From the IMG/VR virus record IMGVR_UViG_3300024999_000062: a DNA stretch of 64,000 nucleotides, one strand, 5' to 3'. The notes beneath the pieces were generated by a model. It was not told the DNA's origin, did no database searches, and saw only the letters and a program-made list of their open reading frames with translations. Positions within the stretch are counted from its first letter, which is position 1. The number at the start of each line of letters is the position of its first letter. The position numbers were made by a program, and so were the translations under genes. Positions 1 through 7,038 of this stretch are shown here, in pieces. The DNA comes from a virus.

Positions 1-44
1 TAATGAATATAAATTATGGGTATAACTAAAAAATAACTTAAGAA

Positions 45-83
45 AAAGTTGTTTTAGAAATATAATTATTATATCTTTATACC
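45..83 (+). promoter_or_regulatory. Class-I conserved promoter/operator-like element, copy 1
   Basis: The 39-mer AAAGTTGTTTTAGAAATATAATTATTATATCTTTATACC is identical at 4372-4410 and near-identical at 10070-10108, 11531-11563 and 56522-56560. It is intergenic, 36 nt upstream of the ATG at 120. It contains the palindrome ATATAAT-T-ATTATAT (60-74) and TATCTTTA (72-79), which resembles the Bacteroidota -7 box TAnnTTTG. Confidence 0.6.
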
Positions 84-119
84 AGTTTAAAGTTAAAAAC
101 TAATTAAAAACAAAAAATT

Positions 120-938
120 ATGAAAAAGACAAATTTTAGAAGTTTTAATGATTTCAAGAATGAGATTGTTAGACGTTGTAGAAAGAATTTAGCTTGTAAG
201 ACTGAATTTAAGAGAGTATTAGTTTCAAAAAACTTTGAACAAATAGTAAAAGTTTTAACAGATAACTTTTACTGGAGCTGTACACACAATGTATTAGATG
301 GAGAGTTTATTGAACCATTAAATGATGTTTTACAACCCTATGGGTTGTGTGCTAATCAGAATGTTAAAGTGGGGTTTTGCATAGCCTCTGGTTCCTCTAC
401 AGTTGAAGCCTCTGATTCCTCTACAGTTATAGCCTCTGATTCCTCTACAGTTATAGCCTCTGATTCCTCTACAGTTATAGCCTCTGATTCCTCTACAGTT
501 GAAGCCTTTGGTTCCTCTACAGTTAGAGCCTTTGGTTCTTCTACAGTTAGAGCCTTTGATTCCTCTACAGTTAGAGCCTTTGGTTCCTCTACAGTTAGAG
601 CCTCTGGTTCCTCTACAGTTGAAGCCTCTGATTCCTCTACAGTTGAAGCCTTTGGTTCCTCTACAGTTAGAGCCTTTGGTTCCTCTACAGTTAGAGCCTT
701 TGGTTCTTCTACAGTTAGAGCCTTTGATTCCTCTACAGTTAGAGCCTTTGGTTCCTCTACAGTTAGAGCCTTTGATTCCTCTACAGTTAGAGCCTTTGGT
801 TCCTCTACAGTTAGAGCCTTTGGTTCCTCTTATATTTGTTCATATAACACTATTGAACATAAAGTATCAGATAAAGCTATTTGCAGATATTATCATGAAA
901 GTAGAGTTGTTATGACAAGTATGTTAAAAGTTAATTAG
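120..938 (+). CDS. Tandem octapeptide-repeat protein ([GD]SSTV[REI]A[FS] x18) with a unique N-terminal domain
   Basis: A 272-aa ORF directly behind promoter copy 1. About 90 aa of non-repetitive N-terminus are followed by 18 near-identical 8-aa units and a short unique C-terminus. I recognised no named family. Confidence 0.7.
   Translation: MKKTNFRSFNDFKNEIVRRCRKNLACKTEFKRVLVSKNFEQIVKVLTDNFYWSCTHNVLDGEFIEPLNDVLQPYGLCANQNVKVGFCIASGSSTVEASDSSTVIASDSSTVIASDSSTVIASDSSTVEAFGSSTVRAFGSSTVRAFDSSTVRAFGSSTVRASGSSTVEASDSSTVEAFGSSTVRAFGSSTVRAFGSSTVRAFDSSTVRAFGSSTVRAFDSSTVRAFGSSTVRAFGSSYICSYNTIEHKVSDKAICRYYHESRVVMTSMLKVN
390..821 (+). repeat. 18 x 24-nt in-frame tandem repeat (consensus GGTTCCTCTACAGTTAGAGCCTTT)
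   Basis: Counted directly. Units start at 390 with a 24-nt period, and a degenerate 19th unit starts at 822. The GGTTCTTCT variant recurs at about 534 and 702, indicating a higher-order duplication. Confidence 0.95.
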
Positions 939-1171
939 TTAGAATTATAGTAACATATGTCAAAAAGAAAAGATAGAAATAAAGAGTTTAGACAATCTTT
1001 CCCTTCTTTATTTAGAGTAATAATGGAGACAGTTAAAGAAGTGACCATCCCACTAAAAAATAAGAGATAATGATCTTAATTTTACTAAAAATAGTTGTCG
1101 TAATCGGGATGTGCTATCTAGTTTCAAGTAAAAATGATTGACCAGAATAGACATCTGGAAATAAAAGAGAG

Positions 1172-1531
1172 ATGACAGAGAAAAGATATATTATAGTTGA
1201 TGATGGCTCAGATGATAGTGAAAAGACTATTCAAGCTATCAGAGAGAAGTTTGGGGATGCAGCCATTCAGGTTGTTACTCCAGATGAATTCAAGGCACTG
1301 GGTAAGGTGAAGGCAGTCTCAGAAGATATGAGTAGTTTATTAGTAACTCCGGAAACGATTATGCCAATTCGTAACTTTTCTGGAGATTGGTCTTATGTTG
1401 AAGGTAGGTCTAAAGAGGAGATGAATGCTATATTGGTTGATATAAGAAGAGAGCCAAAGATAGCTAGAAACAGTCTATGTCCTTGTAACTCAGGTAAGAA
1501 GTATAAACATTGTTGTATTAATAAAAAGTAG
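1172..1531 (+). CDS. SEC-C motif-containing protein
   Basis: The C-terminal CPCNSGKKYKHCC matches the SEC-C metal-binding motif (CPCGSGKKYKKCC type). 119 aa. Confidence 0.7.
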   Translation: MTEKRYIIVDDGSDDSEKTIQAIREKFGDAAIQVVTPDEFKALGKVKAVSEDMSSLLVTPETIMPIRNFSGDWSYVEGRSKEEMNAILVDIRREPKIARNSLCPCNSGKKYKHCCINKK

Positions 1532-1537
1532 AAGAGA

Positions 1538-1801
1538 ATGCAAATTGATAGTCAATTGTCCTCAGTATCTGACAGAGATCTCCTTATAGCCCTAAGGGAT
1601 GCCATAAAAAGAAAGTGGGCATTAGTAAAAGTTCAAAGAATTAGTGTTGTACTTGATTCACGGATTGGTAAAGGTATAGTTTCAGTAAGTCATAAGTGGT
1701 GGTTTGAAAAGAATAGAGCAGAGTTACTAAGAAGAGTTGAAGCAATGTTAGACAGTGATAAATATAAAAGAAAAGAGAATGAAGACAGAGAATACATCTA
1801 A
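1538..1801 (+). CDS. hypothetical protein
   Basis: An 87-aa ORF with an ATG start, co-directional and closely following the previous gene. Confidence 0.5.
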   Translation: MQIDSQLSSVSDRDLLIALRDAIKRKWALVKVQRISVVLDSRIGKGIVSVSHKWWFEKNRAELLRRVEAMLDSDKYKRKENEDREYI

Positions 1802-2459
1802 GAAATTCCATGTAGGTTGGTTATTTGGTCAAAAGCCTGATTTTATAGAAATCCAAGAAGCCAAAGGCAACAAAGAATTGGTTGAATCTTGTCAGTTACC
1901 TAGAGAATGTAACAGTCCAAGTGAGATAACTGATTGTGCGGAACAGACAGAAAGATGGGCATAAAGACTTTTTACTTCATCTAAAGGAGATGATTTGTTT
2001 TTAGGAGTAAGACTGCCAGAAGGTTGGGAGAAGAAGTTAACAAATCATTCAATGTGGACTGAATTGGTAATGATAAAAAGAGAAAGAGAGCAATTATTTT
2101 TTATAAAGCAAGTTTTTATGATCGTGATGCTTTTATTGACTTTGAACAAAGAGTAAGATTTAATGTCAATAGAAAGTTATTTTTGGATGGTGATTACTCA
2201 CAGAGTGAAGATAGAGAGTATATTGCCTATAAATCTCCTTTTGTAGGCAGAGTATTTGATTATGATGGTAAGATATTTTTGAAACTGAACAAATTAAATG
2301 TGATGTTGTGTATTCTGATTACAATGGGCAAAAGTGTTATTCAGAAGAGTATAAGAGAATTCAAGAAAAATAGAAGAAGATTTAAAAGTAAAGTGTTTAC
2401 AATACCTAGAACAGAATTATCCAAATTTTAGAGATGTAAATGCATATTGGGATAAATAA
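1779..2459 (+). pseudogene. Disrupted gene: in-frame TAA plus two frame changes
   Basis: Four long open segments follow each other, and only the first has a plausible start. Segment 1 runs from ATG 1779 to TAA 1962-1964. Segment 2 continues open in the same frame to 2156. A second frame is open from 2063 to 2431 (IGNDKKRKRAIIFYKASFYDRDAFIDF...). A third frame is open from 2272 to the stop at 2457-2459 (DIFETEQIKCDVVYSDYNGQKCYSEEYKRIQEKIEEDL...). The second shift lies in a T5 run (2276-2280). Confidence 0.5.
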
Positions 2460-2492
2460 AAGAAGAGATTCTGCAAACTAATAATAAAGATA

Positions 2493-2690
2493 ATGAAGAA
2501 GATGTTATTTGTTCTGATTTGTATTAGTTTATTTGGATTTATAACTGATAAACCCTTTATAGTAGTTCATGGAGAGAAGTATTATAGATGCTCTCAATAT
2601 ACTAAAACATACAGAGATACCACTTATTCTGGTTATGGTGCAATGTGGATAGAACAAACAACTACTACTGTTCAAACAATGATGCCATAG
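2493..2690 (+). CDS. small protein with N-terminal signal/anchor sequence
   Basis: 65 aa with the hydrophobic N-terminus MKKMLFVLICISLFGF. Its first 20 nt are identical to the start of the ORF at 24796. Confidence 0.45.
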   Translation: MKKMLFVLICISLFGFITDKPFIVVHGEKYYRCSQYTKTYRDTTYSGYGAMWIEQTTTTVQTMMP

Positions 2691-2719
2691 ATTGTAATGA
2701 TTTAAAAAAGTAAGGGATT

Positions 2720-2971
2720 ATGCAAACTTATAACTTAAACAATTTACCAGATAAAGAAGTAAGTGCTTTATTAAGAAAGATTAATTATCAGAGAAGTTCT
2801 GGTCTGAATGATGGTGCTTTAGGTTATAGAGTTGTTTTAAGTGGAGTTTTCATGAGAATTATTACTTCTTCTAGATGGTCTAGGTGTAGAATGTCAGGAC
2901 ATTATCAGAAAGCAATAGGCTTTGAGTCATTAGTAAAGACAAAAGACAATTCTATCTCCAATTCTGGTTAA
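2720..2971 (+). CDS. hypothetical protein
   Basis: An 83-aa ORF with an ATG start and no recognisable motifs. It is followed by a 170-nt non-coding stretch. Confidence 0.35.
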   Translation: MQTYNLNNLPDKEVSALLRKINYQRSSGLNDGALGYRVVLSGVFMRIITSSRWSRCRMSGHYQKAIGFESLVKTKDNSISNSG

Positions 2972-3140
2972 CTTGTTGAAGTTGATGTATCTTAGTTATG
3001 GTCTAGATCACTACCTAGGTTTCTAGACGAAGAAGTGGTCAAAAAGTTTTAGGTCTGTGAACACTGGGAAGAAGGGTGAGGAAGGTTTTTTGGAGAAAAT
3101 TTAATATATTTAAGGATTCTAATTTTAGTTTTTAGCAGAA

Positions 3141-4367
3141 ATGGCGATTGTAAAAAAGATTGCAAAGGAGGACAAATGTATTCAGCCTCAGGAAGTTATA
3201 GTATATCCTGAAGGTGTAGTTGATACAGAAGCTTACAAAACATACTTGGGCTACAAGAAGAGACTCGACAACCCTAAGTATAGATTTGTAGATACCTCAG
3301 ATGAAGAGATCATGGTGGATCTGGCCACCCCGACCAAGTATATCGAGAGAAACATCCAGTACCTTCCAGCTGAAGAAAGAAAGCTTATTTTGGAACAGGC
3401 TCATGCCTATCGTGTTATTTCAGGCAAGACTTCTATTTGGAAGTTAAGAGCCTTCAAGATCCCAGCCAGGCAATTACGGCAGGCACAAGTACTTGATATA
3501 AGATCAGGAGAAGTGTTTGAGATGTTTGCCAGGATGTATTCTATTGATGAGATCCACAGAATCATTAACCAGGAGTGGGAGATTTCATTAGAGAAGTCAT
3601 CTATTGAAGCCTTTCGTAGGATCCATCTAGTGGAGATAAGAGAGAAACAAATAGAGAAGAATAGATCCTGGGATGGAGTAAGGTTAGGTTGGAAGAGATC
3701 ACGATTAGAGGAGTTGGCATTACTCTATGAAGATAGAAAAGCTAAGTATGTTACATCTCATAAAAGTGAAGATTACAAGCTTCTACTCCAAACTATTGAA
3801 CAAATAAGGAGAGAAGTAGAAGGAGATAAGATAACAATAGATGGTGATATTACAAACAGAGTGGAGGAGGTCATCAATGCTCACATTAATATGGAGATCC
3901 TTGCCAAGATGAATATTCTTCAGATGATTTTGGCTAGAGTTGCCTTTATCCAGAAAAGCAACCCTTTGTATTTACTGTATAGACTGCAGAACTCATACTA
4001 TGCGAAACATACTGGTTTTGGTGGTAAGATTGATGAAGGCGCACCTATACTTCACCCATCCAAGTTAGTTTATGACTTCGATGACTTAGAGAGACGGAAC
4101 AGAGAAATAGATTATCAAGATCAATTAATGAAAGAGAAGTTGGAAGAAGAAGTAAAGGTCTTACCCAGTGAAGAAGGTGGATTGGATGATTTTCAAAAGA
4201 CTTTATTGAACAGAATAAAGAAGAAAAAATTGGAAGTAAACCAAGCTCAGTTCCAAGTTGATCAAGAAGAGTCTGCTCGTTCTGCCAAAGACAAAATAAA
4301 AGCTGATAAGGAGTGGACTAAGTTATTAGAAAGAACCAAGAGTAAGAGAGATAAGTTATCAGAATAA
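3141..4367 (+). CDS. hypothetical protein (possible helix-turn-helix, coiled-coil C-terminus)
   Basis: 408 aa. The segment FARMYSIDEIHRIINQEWEISLEKSSIEAF looks HTH-like, and the tail is long, charged and helical. A small-terminase or DNA-binding role is only a guess. Confidence 0.55.
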   Translation: MAIVKKIAKEDKCIQPQEVIVYPEGVVDTEAYKTYLGYKKRLDNPKYRFVDTSDEEIMVDLATPTKYIERNIQYLPAEERKLILEQAHAYRVISGKTSIWKLRAFKIPARQLRQAQVLDIRSGEVFEMFARMYSIDEIHRIINQEWEISLEKSSIEAFRRIHLVEIREKQIEKNRSWDGVRLGWKRSRLEELALLYEDRKAKYVTSHKSEDYKLLLQTIEQIRREVEGDKITIDGDITNRVEEVINAHINMEILAKMNILQMILARVAFIQKSNPLYLLYRLQNSYYAKHTGFGGKIDEGAPILHPSKLVYDFDDLERRNREIDYQDQLMKEKLEEEVKVLPSEEGGLDDFQKTLLNRIKKKKLEVNQAQFQVDQEESARSAKDKIKADKEWTKLLERTKSKRDKLSE

Positions 4368-4371
4368 AGAT

Positions 4372-4410
4372 AAAGTTGTTTTAGAAATATAATTATTATA
4401 TCTTTATACC
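4372..4410 (+). promoter_or_regulatory. Class-I conserved promoter/operator-like element, copy 2
   Basis: 39/39 identical to 45-83. The palindrome is at 4387-4401. It lies 21 nt upstream of the ATG at 4432. Confidence 0.6.
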
Positions 4411-4431
4411 CTAGATTTTAAATTATCAAAA

Positions 4432-4623
4432 ATGCAGCTCATGCCAGTGCAGGACATTTACATAGAAAGTGGGTATAAGGACAGGCAACACTACTTAGAG
4501 TGTATGTCAGAGGATTATGGAGTTGATATGATCACTGTTCAAGCCTTGTCAGATATGTTAGGTGAAAGTGAAGACTTTGATGGATTAATTTCAGTCCTAG
4601 AAGATGCCAGTAATTTAATTTAA
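4432..4623 (+). CDS. small highly acidic protein
   Basis: 63 aa with about 14 Asp/Glu against 2 Lys/Arg, including the motif GESEDFDGLISVLEDA. It is the first gene behind promoter copy 2. Confidence 0.6.
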   Translation: MQLMPVQDIYIESGYKDRQHYLECMSEDYGVDMITVQALSDMLGESEDFDGLISVLEDASNLI

Positions 4624-4808
4624 TGAATAAGAAAGAAGAATATAAAGAAAGACTGTCCAAGAAGACAGTAGCTGAACTAAAAGCTATTTATACTAGAGCT
4701 TTTGGCAAAGACCTTCTTCGTGGTTCAAAAAGAGAAATGATTTGTACATTGGCAAGTTCAATGAACTACCCCGCCGCAGAGCAGCGGGGTATCTGCCCCC
4801 CCCACTAG
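4623..4808 (+). CDS. small HeH/Rho_N-like protein whose 3' end runs into the IS element
   Basis: LSKKTVAELKAIYTRAFG...SKREMICTL resembles HeH/SAP/Rho_N helix-extension-helix motifs. The last 13 codons (YPAAEQRGICPPH) are encoded by the GC-rich IS end hairpin and C-run. Confidence 0.5.
   Translation: MNKKEEYKERLSKKTVAELKAIYTRAFGKDLLRGSKREMICTLASSMNYPAAEQRGICPPH
4769..4789. repeat. IS end hairpin (CCCCGCCGC-AGA-GCAGCGGGG)
   Basis: A 9-bp stem with one mismatch and a 3-nt loop, followed by a C8 run (4796-4803). Confidence 0.8.
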
Positions 4809-5260
4809 AAGATGGTTAACTGGGTAGTTTTGTGGAGCATTTTGTATTCCTTTTCGATCCCCTGTTCTTTGACGTACTTCGATATTGTTGTCTCATCTCC
4901 AAAACGGCTTACTGTATTTACAAAATATCCGTCTGTCCAGAATTCCCCTCCCCATAACTGTTTCTTGACTTCTGGAAATCGTTGGAATATCTCTTTTGCC
5001 GTAATACTTTTTATTATTGTTATAATTTTTGTACAACTGTAGGTTGGTACACTCTGTAACAGAAAATGTACATGATTTTTGTCTGTACCAATTTCTAAGA
5101 AATGTATCTGATATCGTTCTGATATTTCAAGGCATATTTCTTTTATTCCATTATCCACATTTTCATCAATTACTGATCTCCTATACTTGGCGGGACAAAC
5201 AAAATGATACAACAATACTGATACATTGTGCGATTTATGGATATATTCACTTTTATTCAT
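4805..5260 (-). CDS. tnpA: IS200/IS605-family Y1 (HUH) transposase TnpA
   Basis: About 151 aa. Motifs are YHFVCPAKYRRSVI, the HUH motif HVHFLL, and the catalytic-Tyr region FWTDGYFVNTV. The start was moved to ATG 5260, because the track start at 5266 is TTG. Confidence 0.9.
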   Translation of the reverse strand: MNKSEYIHKSHNVSVLLYHFVCPAKYRRSVIDENVDNGIKEICLEISERYQIHFLEIGTDKNHVHFLLQSVPTYSCTKIITIIKSITAKEIFQRFPEVKKQLWGGEFWTDGYFVNTVSRFGDETTISKYVKEQGIEKEYKMLHKTTQLTIF

Positions 5261-5279
5261 GCACAAATATATAAATTTA

Positions 5280-5294
5280 CGCCGCAGAGCGGCG
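5280..5294. repeat. IS end hairpin (CGCCGC-AGA-GCGGCG)
   Basis: A perfect 6-bp stem with a 3-nt loop, followed by a second small GGGG-AACTAA-CCCC hairpin (5294-5307). Confidence 0.8.
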
Positions 5295-5365
5295 GGGAAC
5301 TAACCCCGTAGCGATTAGATTTTTCAAGAAAATGGAAAGCTATAAGTTCATAAATAAACTATAAA

Positions 5366-5680
5366 ATGAAAAAGAACCCTTTTGCAGTTTTCGTATTAGC
5401 CTTGATGTTCTTTGCCTTACTAGAATCTCTGGTAGGTTGTAAGTCAGAACGTGGAGATAAATTAGAGAATATGAAATATATTCTCAGAGATCATACCGAA
5501 TTACCAATTTATGAGATTTATCAGAACGGAGATACAGTAGTCCACCTTCAAACCATACAATCAATGGCTAATGAAATAGACAGCTTAGATGAAGTAATTA
5601 GAATCAAGAATGCCTATTTTAATTTTCTGATGGTAGATATTGACTCCATAATTCAAGCAGATTGTCCAATTAAAAGATAA
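5366..5680 (+). CDS. putative lipoprotein
   Basis: Signal peptide with the lipobox-like LLESLVG-C (MKKNPFAVFVLALMFFALLESLVGCKSE). Confidence 0.6.
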   Translation: MKKNPFAVFVLALMFFALLESLVGCKSERGDKLENMKYILRDHTELPIYEIYQNGDTVVHLQTIQSMANEIDSLDEVIRIKNAYFNFLMVDIDSIIQADCPIKR

Positions 5681-5684
5681 AGAA

Positions 5685-6506
5685 ATGAAAAAGATTGTAC
5701 TGAAACTAAACAAAGAGGACATTGAAGTGGTTGAATCTAATCACCCAGAATTATTAAAGAGCAATAGAGTTCAACGGTGTATCTATGATGTTCTTATTGA
5801 CAGGTGTATAACTGAAGGTTATTTGGTTGAATTCTTACCAAATGAAAGTGAGAAAGAGAAACTGAATAAAGAAATAGATCTATTCTTAGTCAATCATAGT
5901 AAGAGAGAACACTTCAGAGAAGTATTGAAAGATGTAAGTGAAAAGTATTTCAAGGAGATTGACTTATCAAAAGCTACTTTTATAGAGTCAGAACAGAAGC
6001 CACCTATCATAAACTGGAACCATCAAGGTAGTGATCAACCAATTATAGTAAAAGAAGATACCAGCACTTATGTAGTCTTTGAAGAAGGTTTAGAAATAGC
6101 CATTATTAAGTTACTTAGAGAGTCTTTGATTCAGGATGAAATTGAGAGTGTTGACTTTCTTGATTCAACTAAAGGTGAGAGTGTTAGAGCTGTAGTAAAG
6201 TTAAAGAGTAAGTCTCAGAATGATGTTTGGAATAGAGTTAATGATGCTGTAATTGAATTTTTAAGCAAGACTCCAGAGTATGGACCTACTGATCTCTGTT
6301 TGAATGTAAAAGATGGAAAAGATCTTGAGGCATATTATAGAAATTTATCTGTTATCTATCCAGAAGGGTTAGGACAATTTGTTAATTTCAATACAATTAC
6401 TGTTCAAGGTTATGATTTGAAAGTTACTTCAAATTTACCAGGTAAAAGTTTTGTTAAGTCTTTGGAGGCTCAGAAAAATTCTCATGAAATCATAGTTTAT
6501 TTTTAG
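5685..6506 (+). CDS. hypothetical protein
   Basis: A 273-aa ORF, tightly spaced and co-directional, with no recognised motifs. Confidence 0.6.
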   Translation: MKKIVLKLNKEDIEVVESNHPELLKSNRVQRCIYDVLIDRCITEGYLVEFLPNESEKEKLNKEIDLFLVNHSKREHFREVLKDVSEKYFKEIDLSKATFIESEQKPPIINWNHQGSDQPIIVKEDTSTYVVFEEGLEIAIIKLLRESLIQDEIESVDFLDSTKGESVRAVVKLKSKSQNDVWNRVNDAVIEFLSKTPEYGPTDLCLNVKDGKDLEAYYRNLSVIYPEGLGQFVNFNTITVQGYDLKVTSNLPGKSFVKSLEAQKNSHEIIVYF

Positions 6507-6507
6507 T

Positions 6508-6873
6508 ATGAATAATCCACAAACATTGTCAGAACAATTGGCACAAGCAATTACTGTCAAGATAAAGAATAGAGGTGATGATTTTATTTGTAGAAATTCT
6601 TTATTTGAACTTATTCTCAAGGAACTTCAATCTATTGGTCTAGATAGAAAGTTTGACAAACATCATAATGCTGAAGAAGCTTACAAAAAGAAAATAAGAA
6701 AGAGATATGAAAAGCAAGCTGATTCAATAAAAGATCTTTATCCAAATGGTGTATTTACTATTACTAATTCTGATAATTATGTAGGTATAGACATAACTCT
6801 AAGAAAAGCTATTCGAGAAATGTTAGAATGTGAGAGACTTAAGAAGAGGTGGTGGCAGATATGGAAAGATTAG
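6508..6873 (+). CDS. hypothetical protein
   Basis: A 121-aa ORF that starts 2 nt after the previous stop. Confidence 0.55.
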   Translation: MNNPQTLSEQLAQAITVKIKNRGDDFICRNSLFELILKELQSIGLDRKFDKHHNAEEAYKKKIRKRYEKQADSIKDLYPNGVFTITNSDNYVGIDITLRKAIREMLECERLKKRWWQIWKD

Positions 6874-7038
6874 CTAGTAATATTCATAAGAGTTATGAAA
6901 AAAGAACTTGTTTTGATAGATGTGTTTGTAAAGCCTGGGAGTTTGCCAGAAGATCTCTAGGTAAGACGTTATAGGTGTCTATGTTCTTTTTCTTTTAAAG
7001 AAATTTTTTTAAATTTAAGTTTCATAAGAAAGAGAATC

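Larger units (their letters stand above)
4769..5310 (-). mobile_element. IS200/IS605-family insertion sequence (tnpA only); boundaries approximate
   Basis: A Y1/HUH transposase gene is flanked by GC-rich subterminal hairpins in the same orientation (4769-4789 and 5280-5294). Both hairpins share CGCCGCAGAGC[A/G]GCGGGG. They stand out in an AT-rich phage background. Confidence 0.8.

Noticed and set aside
390-821. Possible CRISPR array or DGR variable region
   Set aside because: The units are contiguous with no spacers, so this is not a CRISPR array. I saw no reverse transcriptase or template repeat, and the variation is blockwise rather than adenine-specific, so it is not a DGR.
499-915. 138-aa + strand ORF (LQLEPLVPLQLEPL...) overlapping the repeat gene
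   Set aside because: It is simply the tandem 24-nt repeat read in another frame. It has no independent start context and lies nested inside the better-supported ORF at 120-938.
3001-3028. Inverted repeat GTCTAGA-N14-TCTAGAC in the 170-nt gap before ORF 3141, as a possible terminator or ncRNA
   Set aside because: It has a short stem and a large loop, with no T-run and no second conserved copy. That is insufficient evidence for an RNA element.
4812-5274. Two + strand ORFs (4812-5042 and 5029-5274) opposite tnpA
   Set aside because: They are antisense shadows of the clearly recognisable IS200-type transposase and their sequences are not protein-like.
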